A stretch of DNA of 64,000 nt from Marsupella aquatica (Eukaryota; Plantae; Marchantiophyta): NCBI GenBank assembly GCA_973895155.1, contig OZ316894.1, positions 21,237,867 through 21,301,866 of the forward strand. Reading direction: 5' to 3'. A program made the position numbers and the translations under genes. Below the pieces are notes generated by a model. It searched no databases and was not told where the DNA came from. It was given only the letters and a program-made list of their open reading frames with translations. Shown piece by piece: positions 24,001 to 34,670 of this stretch. Each line of letters opens with the position of its first letter. Position 1 is the stretch's first letter.

Positions 24001-27000
24001 TGTCAATTACTGAAGTATAGTTAGGGGGATGAAGTAAACTGCCGCACACAGATTGCAAGCAAGATTATCATTCGAGAAAACCAAACGAAAGAGAATTCCC
24101 AAGCTAGGTATGTGGGTTCTTAGTTCGTCTATCAACCTCAAAGCAATTGCGAGTGTTCTGTCCAGCCTTACTGAATCTTTGATCCCATATAAAAAGACAA
24201 TGTACAGGTTACGAGGAGAGGGGCCAACGCTAGGTTGAAATGAGTTTGGGCTTGCCAAATTATGAAGTAAAAGATGAAGAAAAATTGCACACCTGATCTT
24301 TCTGGAGTGAAAATCATCCTGGGAATTGGTTTGTGACTGCTTAACTGTCAAACCCAGCTTAGTTTGCTACAACACTGCCCTATGATTGCTCAAGCATAAA
24401 ATGACTCTCTCATGAACCAACTTGCCTATCAGCTCCCTTTCAGGCCTGGTCATCCAACTTCTTTCTCAAGAGTTATCCCAACTTCTCATCTCTCAGGATA
24501 TCATGTTGGCTACAAGCAACACTTTTGCATGCCTTAACGCTTTCAGCTGATCGAGGGCTTCAGGTGCGACATTGAACTTAGCAAAACTCGTCTGAGCCGG
24601 AAAAGAGCCACGAGGAGAAGCCTGATACGCCTGAATCAACCATTTCCTCATGGCAGTCTCCTGGTTCAGACAATTCAGGCTTATCAGGCTTCTCCTCATG
24701 ACACTCTCTTGGTTTAGCCATTGAAAACAAGCAGGCGGACATTCCCCTCGGAATGTACTCTTGTGACATTCCGAATGGTGCTGGGTCAACCATGTCATCA
24801 GTGTCACCTTCTGCTCCAGGCTTATCAGCCATCTCGTCGACGCCTTCAGTTCCAGGTTGATCCATTCCGAATGGTGTTCTGGCACCACCTTCTGCTCCAG
24901 GCATCTTCTCGACAACCTTTCTCATTCATTGCCCTGCCCTGCCACGCATTGACCCAAAGGATCCAGACAGGGCATTCAATGCATGACAACTGAGGACTTC
25001 GTGATGGGTTAAGGCCGAGAGGTCCCTGACAATTTGGGTGAGCGTCTGTAAACTTGCACAAATTACGAAGTTTAGACGTTTCAGGTTAGACTATTGCCAG
25101 AATGTCTCAGGCAATTGCTTGAGACACCAACAGTCAAACTCCAGAAGTTCCACTCGTGACAGTTGTTCTTATGGTATTGCATAAAAGTACATTTGTATAA
25201 AAAAGTCCTATCTGGGTTGCAAAAGTTTATCCGAGCATTTTGGGAGGTCCATCTGGGCTTCAATTTTCTTAATCAATCTTATTACAAAAGATCAGAGATA
25301 CAAATTGAATACAATCACATCACCTCTGCAGTCGTTCCTGTTTTACCATCGCTTCGGGCTGCTGCACCATCAAGCTTCCATGCTATTCAATTGGGGTGAG
25401 AGTGAGTGTGACACCTCCTCAACCACTCCCTTCGACCCCAGGTGGAGAATAAGGAGTGTTAACAACATGGGCTCCTGGTGGGAACTAAACTAAAACAGCA
25501 CTTCAGAGCATTCCTGGTGCACCATCAAGCTTCTCAATCAGGAGTGTCAAGCATTCCCACCGTTTGCACTATTCGCTGGCCAGTCCTGGGCATCATAGTG
25601 GTGTTTTGGCAGGGCCATGCAGACCTATGCCCCACCCTAACCAGCAGCACAGTGGAGGTCAACCATTATGGCTAGTAGCAGACTGCATCAGAAAAATTTG
25701 AATGAAGGAAATTTTAGGATCTCGGCAGCAATCGGTTAACCCAAACCATTGAACCGTGATGGCGAGTCACCTTGAGTTCCAATCTGGCAGACTAGGTAAA
25801 ATCCTCTAGGACTGGAACTCAGGTTTGGGTCCTGGCAGAATAGGGTGGGGGTCTGAATTTTTAGATGGTGGTCCAGATGCACCATATTGCTTGCAGGCCA
25901 CCCCCATTATGTTATCCGCAGGAGTGTTCTTAGTGTATAGAAGGCCCTCTCATGAGGATGAAGCCCAAGGGCAGGCTTGCTTGAGATGATTCTCCGTGGA
26001 CATTGTCCTTGTGAAAGGCCTGTAGAGTTCTTAAAGTTGACTCGATTAATTTTTATTTAGTTTTGGACTTTTTGTGACCAAGGATCATGGATCTGTGACC
26101 AAGGAGTTTTGGACTTTTTGTCCTTGGTCACAGATCCGACCAGAGTGTTACGGCAGATAAGTGCATTCCAAAGTACACAAAAATTAGGGAGAGGGCTTTA
26201 AGGAGCATAACATATCCAAGTAACTTTAGAACACCGTGTCTGTCCATACCAGTGTTTTATTAGTGGCTAAAATTTGTTAGATTCCACCTCTCTGAAAAAA
26301 CATTGCCACTTTGACAAAAATTTCTTAGTAAGGTTTGTTTCTTCCATTTGCCGGTTTCCTCCCTAGACCCATGAGCCAGAATCTAGCTATGAATCTTAAG
26401 TCCAGGGAGATCTAATGGTCAGAAGTTAATCTATATAATCAGAGAAGGAATATTTGTAATCATCTGGTAACAGGGCCTTAACCCACCACTGTCCCCCAGG
26501 TTTGGGGAGGACAAAAAAGTGCACTTTACTACTTTTTTGAGAACATTATTCACTCATTTTAGTAAAGTGGATCCACCAGGTTTTGTTTCAGGACTATGAC
26601 CCTTTAAACCAGTCACAACTACCCCTCTGAGAACCATGGGTAACCCATAGCTCTCATTATAGGGCTAATTGGTCAGTGATGGCCAGGCAACAATGAGGCA
26701 GAAGAGATGGGCAACCCGGGTATGGGTCCCCTGACATGTATTCAAGTATAATTTGGTCCTCAATGTTGTCCACAAAGTGATACATGCTTAGTGGCTATCC
26801 CACTAGATTGTAATCAGGAGATCAAATCTTGGCAAAATGGTATCAAATTTTGTTCACACACTCAGCTTAACATAGAGGGGCAAGATGAGGTGGTGGCTGG
26901 CTGTGCAAGAATGCCTGCACAATGCTACAAGTCTGAGCTGATCATGTATACAATAAAATCCTGTTTAGATGGCACTATGGGATATAATGCCCCGAAAAAA

Positions 27001-27770
27001 GGAGCTTCAGCCCAAGTTTTGAGGGCTATTATTGCCCATAATGCTCCAGACACAAGAGCTTACTACACTTAAAGGCCCAATCAATGTTCATTTTTTCTAA
27101 CTTGAGTACAAATAGAGGAGAAGCTTCCTAGGGAGGTGATCCAAATCTTGAGTGGGGCATTATTCTCCCAGAATGCCCTGGAAAATACAAAGGGAAAATC
27201 ACAAAAGGCATTACTTACACAGTAAAGACCTGTTCAGAGGCCCAATCAATGTTAATGGGATACATTGTATGCCCCAGAAAATGAAAGCTTCAACTCTAGT
27301 TTTGAGAGGCTATTATTGCCCATAATGCTCCAGCCTAAAATAGGACCTTATTACACTTAAACCACACATGCCCATGTCAAATGGCCCTATTAGCTGCTGG
27401 CTATTGCTTATTTCTATCCTTTGTAAACAATATATATACTCACCATAAAAAGTGGAAGTGATCCGTGTGCACTGTATAGTGAGAGCTATGGGTAACTCGT
27501 AACTCTTATACAGATAATTGTGGTTTAAAGGATGTCTTAAAAGATTTTTATATTTGCTAACTTTAGTAAAAGTAGAAGAGACTCTTCCTCAAGAGGTGGA
27601 CTAGATCTTGACCAAGGTATTATGCTCCAAAAATGCCCTGTAAAATACTCTAGTACACCCCTCTAGTGCACACCAGATGGTGAACCAGGGGAACTATATA
27701 AGGAAAGAGAGTGACATGCTTGTAAATAGGAAAATAACAAATATTGTAAATTCAAACATTTTAGTGGCAA

Positions 27771-28008
27771 TCTTACTATATAATCGCAAACAGAAGCTAC
27801 TTTTAGGGCTAAGGTCTAGAGTGACGCCTCTAGACCATAACCCAAATAAGGACAAAATGTATAGTGACTATGAGTAAGACAAATCTAAAAGGTGCCAAAA
27901 AAAAGGTATACAAAGATAACGTAAATTAGTATAGATTTCTGTTTTTTTTCTTCAATTTTTTTCGGTTTTCAATTCTATTTAAGTTCAAGGAAGGAGTAGT
28001 CAGGCTAG
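27771..28008 (+). mobile_element. Non-autonomous mini-Helitron, copy B
   Basis: A|TCTTACTATA...GTAGTCAGGCTAG|T with internal palindrome GGTCTAGAG-tgacgc-CTCTAGACC. Homologous to copy A. Confidence 0.65.
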
Positions 28009-28333
28009 TTTACTTAAAATTAAAAGCCGATATTTATTGCCTACTGCGCTCTTGTACAAAATAACAGCTCCTCAAGAGTATTTGCTTCACAAGAGTTCTC
28101 TCGAGGCCTCTGAGCGAGGGAGCGGTTGTTCGAGCTCCTCGGGGCGGCGATGGAGTCCCGAACTCGAAGCCATGGACTACTAAAATAACAATCGTCATGA
28201 TGCTGATGCTGATCACAGAGCCATGACGGAGCTTTGTTAGAGGGGCAGAGAGAGGTATGAACGAATTTGGCGATGTGTCGCTGGAAAAAGTTGAATGAAC
28301 GAGAGAGACGGCGGAATTGAGGATTGTGATGTG

Positions 28334-28577
28334 TATTGAGTTTCGACATTCATCCATGCTCCATCTTCTGCTTCGCTGTTCCCGGGTCACATCCCCTTCT
28401 GCCCCAACATTTCTTGGACCGGCTTGTATATTTGTTATTACCGTTAGATTTAGGGCTAATTCGTTTTACGGTCAGATTAATCCCATGCTTATGGCTGTGC
28501 CGTTTATTCCTTCGTCAGCTGATTCTTAAGGGCTCTCCCTTCTGTTCATTATTCATTCGCTAAGTAAAGCTTATCAA
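28334..28577 (+). repeat. 5' LTR
   Basis: Direct repeat of 33259-33502, followed by the PBS. Confidence 0.93.
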
Positions 28578-28656
28578 ATTTCATGGTATCAGAGCCGGCC
28601 TGCCAATGCACGATTGCTGGTGAGAATCTCCCATTTCCACTCGTGTACTGAGCAGG

Positions 28657-31600
28657 ATGGCTGGCGGCCCACAACGAGCGTCACAGAGCAGTGGCTCCCA
28701 AGCGGCATCACCAAGCAGTACCTCACAGCAGACATTGCAGAGCAGTGGACCTCCTGCGGGACCTCCTGTAGCACAGAATGTCCACTACGATATTGACAAA
28801 GGCCTCGTCTACTCAGACAAGGATAAGCTCGATGGCAGCAAGAACTTCATTGGATGGGCGTTCAAAGTGGAGCGCCAGTTCCGCAAGGACAAGGTTTGGT
28901 TTGAGCTGGTCAGCCCTGACTCGACCAAGCCAATGCAGCTCACGCCAGAGCAAATCGAAGAGAAGGAGGAGAGGGCAATCTATATTTTCTCGCAGACAGT
29001 CAAGGATCACATTTTTCCCATCATAAAGAAATACATCGACGATCCTGCCAAGATATGGCTGCAGCTGAAGGCTCGATTCGAATCTGCAGCCATGGGCAAA
29101 CAGCTTATTCTCAGGGACGAGCTGTCGAGGATGCAAATGTCTGAGGGGCGCCGTGTAGAGGAGTATATTCGGGAGATTGACAACCTGGTAATGCAGCTTG
29201 CCGACATTAATTTTGTCATCGAGGACAAAGAGCTCATCCGCACTACTCTCAAGGGATTGCCTGAGAGCTGGAAACTGTTTATTATGTCCTTCAGCACTTT
29301 GCTGCATCAGTTCCCTACTCTGTCTTTCTTTGATCTTATTGGTCACCTTGAGGCAAAAGAAATGCAACGTACTCTGTAGAGCAAGGACATTGAAGAAGCG
29401 TTGATGACAAGCCATAGTAGCAACCGTGGCAGCCCATTCCGTGGACGTGGCAGAGGCAGGAATAGCTTTCGTGGACGGGGAAGGAGCGCACCATCCTCTG
29501 GTCTCAAAAAGCAAGAAGCATGCAACTTTTGTGGGTTCTCTGGTCACTGGGAAGGAGAATGCCTGAAGAAGATTGAGAGCCAAATCAAGGGTCTACAAAT
29601 GAAGCATGCTGACATCAAGAAGGGAATGCACCATGCAAACGTAGTGGAAACTGTGGAGCCTGAAGAGTGTGAGTCTGACGATGATCCTGAGAGCAGCACT
29701 TTAGAGGTAAATCTCACAGAATTCAGAGCTAGTCATGATTGGCTAGTTGACTCAGGTGCCAGTACACATGTGACTGGCAATAGGAGTACTCTTAGCCGTA
29801 TAGTGCCATATGCTTCATCCTCCAATGTAACTACAGCCTCTGGTGCACGCATTCCCATTGCTGGCAGAGGCACCACAAAATTCAGTGGAAATAAAGTGGT
29901 CAACAAAGTTCTGTACGTGCCGGTATGACTCGCAATCTATTGTCAATTGGCCAGCTGACTGATGAAGGCCATAATGTGCTATTTAATTCCCGACATTGCT
30001 ATGTTCTAGATAAAGAAGACCCCAACAAGATTTTTCTGAGGGCAACCAGGGATATGCACAATAGTTTGTATTGTCTTGACACGTCTCTCCAGGGCAACGC
30101 CAAACTATGCTCGGAAGTACATTTCACATTGGTTGTTACTGCTGACACGCCAGTTAGTAGTAGTCAACATGGCTCTACAAGCAATGTATCTACAAGTACA
30201 AGTAGCATCACCAGTGAAACACAAAGTGTCATTTCTCCACTGGTACTGTGGCACCGCAGGCTTAGTCATGTTAACTTCCATCGTATACACAACATGTCAT
30301 CCAAGGGATTGGCTGAAGGTCTGCCTAATCTGCCGTTTGAGGAGCACGTATGTGATACCTGCATCATGGGGAAGCAGCACAGGGAGCGCATCCCAAAGAA
30401 ATCCACCAACCGATCAAGCAAGCCATTGCAACTGATACACACAGATCTTTGTGGACCATTTATTGTTTCATCACTATCCAGAGCAAAATACTTGCTCACT
30501 TTTACTGATGATTTCTCTCGCTTCACCTGGGTATATTTCTTGAAGGCCAAAAGTGAAACTTTCTCGAAGTTCAAAGACTTCAAAGCTATGGTTAAGAGTG
30601 AATTCAGCAGAAAAATTCTATGTGTTCGATCAGATCGAGGAGGGGAATATCTGTCAAATGAATTCTGCCAATTCTGTGACAGTCACGGAATTAAGCGTCA
30701 ACTCACAGCAGCCAAGACTCCTCAACAAAACGGAGTTGCTGAACGAAAAAACCGTACATTGTTGGAAGTAGCACGGAGCATGCAGATTGGAAGCGGAGCT
30801 CCTACTTTTTTGTGGGACGAACTCATCCGGACAGCCAACTATGTGCTCAACAGGTGTGAAACTTCATCTCTAGTCTCTTCTACACCCTTCCAGCAGCTGT
30901 ATAGTGTCAAGCCTGATTTATCTCGCCTTCGTATTATTGGTTGCCTAGCCTACGTTCATGTTCCCAATGAGTTGAGACACAAACTGTCAGCCAAGTCCAT
31001 TCGTACCTCTTTAGTAGGCTATGATGAAAAATCCAAGGCCTATCGAGGCTACGATCCCATCAAGAGAAAAATTTACATCAGTAGAGATGTTATGTTTGAT
31101 GAGTTGAGGATGTTTGATTTTAACCTCAAACACCCAGTTTCTACATACTCCCCACCTGCAAAATCACTATTGATTCTTCCAACCCAGCCAACATCCATCT
31201 CTACTGTTCTAAATGATTCTAGTCTCAACCCTGTAGTTGAACATGTCTCTCCTGATTCAGTACCCTCTGGTCCTGACAACTTAGATGAACCCAGTCTCAA
31301 TCATCCAGATATCGAGTCTACTTCTGTGAGTGCACCATTGTCTCCTAATCCACCTGCAAGTCCTTCTGTGAGTGCACCATTGTCTCCAATTCCACCTGAA
31401 AGTCCTCCGACATCCCCAATTCGTCGGCACTCATCTCGTGCACGTGAGCTCCCTGTTCGTCTAAGAGAAGATTTTGTCTTGAGTTTTCGGCCAAACAATC
31501 CGGATGTCTGTCTAGTTGAGACCACCGACTGTGTGGATGAAAACATAACATTTCAGCAAGCACGATTGGATCCTCAATGGAATGCAGCTATGAAAGAAGA

Positions 31601-33173
31601 ATTTGACTCTTTAATTGAGAATGAGACTTGGATCTTAACAACTCTCCCACCAGGTAAGAGAGCAATTTCTGCTTGATGGGTTTATAGGACTAAACCTGAA
31701 ATCAATCCCACTCGCACTCGGCTAAAAGCTCGCTTGGTAGCTCGTGGTATTGAACAGCGTTTTGGGGTTGACTTTGAGGATACCTTTGCCCCTGTGGTCA
31801 AGTGGTTGACTATTCGTCTAGTCATTGCCCTAGCTGCTGCTAATGGCTGGCCAATCAGTCAAATGGATGTCATCACTGCTTTCTTGAACGGCAAGCTCAA
31901 GGAGCTCATTTATATGGTGCAACCTCCTGGATTTGAAGTCCCAGGATCCAAACATCTTGTCTGCCAGTTGAATCGCTCCATTTATGGCCTCAAACAGTCT
32001 CCACGTGCATGGTATGAGGAAGTGGATCAATTCCTTCGTTCAAATGGCTGGACCAGAAGTGCTGCTGATCACAATTTGTATTTCATCAACGAAGGAGGGA
32101 AAATTGTTCTTCTGCTTCTTTTTGTTGATGATCTACTTATCACAGGCAATGACTCTTCTAAAATTGATGAGGTCAAAGCTCAGCTTGGACAGCGATACAA
32201 AATGAAGGATCTTGGGAGAGTTACAAGATATCTTGGAATAGATTTTGTTGACACGACTGATGGAATACTTATCCATCAGCAAGCTTATTGCCAAAGTCTC
32301 TTGCAAGAATTCAGCATGCAAGATTGCAAAGGAGCTGCAACTCCTCTGCCGGAAGGGTTTGATGTCTCTTCTGATACTTCATCTCCAGAAGTAGATGTCA
32401 CTAATTATTGCCAATTGGTTGGTAAATTAATTTACTTGACTAACACTAGACCAGATCTAGCATATGCAGTGGGAATTCTCAGCAGATTTATGTCTGCACC
32501 ACAGCAAAAACATTTGGATGCAGCAAGGCATGTTCTCAGGTACATTAAATCTACAGCTGATCTTGGCTTGTTTTTCCGGAAGTCTGGTACACTGTCTCTT
32601 ACAGGGTACACAGACTCTGATCACGCAGCATGCAAAGACACAAGGAGATCTATTGGAGCATATTTGTTCCAATTTGCTGGAGGCACTGTAACATGGTCAA
32701 GCAAACGACAGTCTACAGTTTCTCAAAGCACAACCGAAGCCGAATACAGAGCCCTATCAGAAGGTGCTCGTGAAGCTGTCTTCCTTCGACGATTACTCAC
32801 AGAGTTGAGCTTCATTCCAGAAATTCAAGTGGCCCTCAACTGTCACAACCAAGAGGTGATATCTAATCTTTCCGAGGCACAGAAACCCACATTACAAGAT
32901 ACTCATCTTAACCTGCATTGTGACAATCAAGGCTCAATCAATTTAGCAAAGAATCCTATCTTCCATGCAAGAACGAAGCACATTGAACTTCAGCATCACT
33001 ACATCAGAGAGAGAGTCTTGCAAGGAGAAGTGACTCTAAATTACATTCCAACTGCTGAGCAACCAGCTGACATTCTCACAAAATCATTGCCACGGTGGAA
33101 ATTTGAGAAACATCGTGAATTTCTTGGCCTGATGTCCTTGCATGACATTCAATCGACTTCTACTCAGCACTAG
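28657..33173 (+). pseudogene. Copia gag-pol (Gag, zinc knuckle, protease, integrase, RT, RNase H) with three lesions
   Basis: CNFCGFSGHWEGEC, WLVDSGAS, HRRLSH/CDTC, DDFSR, RSDRGGEY, PQQNGVAERKNR, MDVITAFLNG, FVDD, YTDSD, EAEY and CDNQ, with integrase before RT. TAG at 29377, a 1-bp deletion near 29923 (VP[G]MTRNLLS) and TGA at 31674. Confidence 0.95.
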
Positions 33174-33258
33174 AAGGCTTACTCTGGTCACGACCATACT
33201 CTCTGCCTGACGCTGCTTTGGTCGGATGCTACTTGATGGATCACTGGACGGGAGGGGG

Positions 33259-33502
33259 TATTGAGTTTCGACATTCATCCATGCTCCATCTTCTGCTTCG
33301 CTGTTCCCGGGTCACATCCCCTTCTGCCCCGACATTTCTTGGACCAGCTTGTATATTTGTTATTACCGTTAGATTTAGGGCTAATTCGTTTTACGGTCAG
33401 ATTAATCCCATGCTTATGGCTGTGCCGTTTATTCCTTCGTCAGCTGATTCTTAAGGGCTCTCCCTTCTGTTCATTATTCATTCGCTAAGTAAAGCTTATC
33501 AA
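33259..33502 (+). repeat. 3' LTR
   Basis: Preceded by the polypurine tract and followed by TSD ATGTG. Confidence 0.93.
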
Positions 33503-34670
33503 ATGTGATGGACAGAAAATTGAGTCGCAGAGTGGACAATTTGCGGATGAGAGAGTCCTACGATGATGCGAGGTGAGGTCATGTCGATCGAGGAGGAGGG
33601 GATTGTTGTCTCTGAAGGCGGAAGCGGTGAGATTTATCCGTGAGCGAAGATATCGTGGTCCTTGCGGAATCGGCATTGTTACTACTGTGTTTCGACGCTC
33701 GCGCTCTGTTGCTTCATTCCTGCTGTGCAATGACGACCGCGGGAAAGGCAATGCAGTCCCCGCTTAGGGTCTAAGTTCCCGAAGTTTCTTGAGCAGCCTC
33801 GTAACCTGAAGGAAGCATTCGAAATCAGTACTGTTTGTTTATATGGCCAAATTCCGCGCGAGTAGTTCTTTGCTCTCGGCTTCAGCTCCATTCCCGACTC
33901 GGGAACGGAGCCTACTCGATGGTGGATATGGTCCGTTTTAGGGCACACTCTGCAGCTAGGTACAATCAATTTTGTATGATTTTGTGTATAAATCTCAATA
34001 GGATCTAAATGAGCCAACGTGAATTATGCTGGATCGGCTTTACTTCTGAATTGTAGAGTCCTTTTGAAAAACCATAAGAATTAAAAACCTGAGATCTTTC
34101 AGCCAGATTGGAATGGGACAGTGAACTGCTGGCAAATTATAAATTTCAAATTCTATGTGCAAACAAACCAAGTGTAATATGACTGTGATCGATGGAGTTT
34201 TCAGTGACAATTCGATAGGCTTTTGACTGTCTTTTCTTGACATACAGTTTATGTTAAGTACTGTAGTGTGAACGAACTTATTGATAGCTTGAGCTACCTG
34301 GTCGCCCTTTCACATCATATGGAAATTATAATCTAAGATCATTGCATTCTTCAAGGACAGCCGTTACTTTCACTTAAAACGGAGTGATTTCTTTGCAAGC
34401 TATCCGTACTAAGGATCACAGCTTAGCAAGGCAGACAATAAATTTATGTTTGGACAGAGGTAGGTATGTGTCGTAGCCCCAGAATTAAAGACTTAACCTA
34501 TCTGCTATCTATTTCATTGTAGAAACAGCGTCTGAACTTAAGAAACAACAAACCCAAAAAGTTTCATTTACCTCTTACTTTTTATGCTGGTACCAGTCCA
34601 ATTTTCTAGATCTGATTGTGGATTGTGGTGCCTACAGAGGAAACCCAGAGCATCTGAGTTGAATGGGAAG

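Larger units (their letters stand above)
28334..33502 (+). mobile_element. Full-length Ty1/Copia LTR retrotransposon, recently inserted, inactivated
   Basis: 244-bp LTRs at 28334-28577 and 33259-33502 with 2 differences. TSD ATGTG at 28329-28333 and 33503-33507. PBS TGGTATCAGAGC (tRNA-iMet) at 28584. Polypurine tract gggaggggg before the 3' LTR. Confidence 0.97.

Noticed and set aside
28813-29583. 256-aa minus-strand ORF inside the Copia element
   Set aside because: Antisense shadow of gag with no recognisable motif.
29377-29928. Programmed readthrough at TAG 29377 or programmed frameshift at ~29923
   Set aside because: The stop lies before the zinc knuckle and lacks a CARYYA context. The shift has no slippery site and falls within a conserved Pol motif. 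A third stop also exists, so these are mutations.
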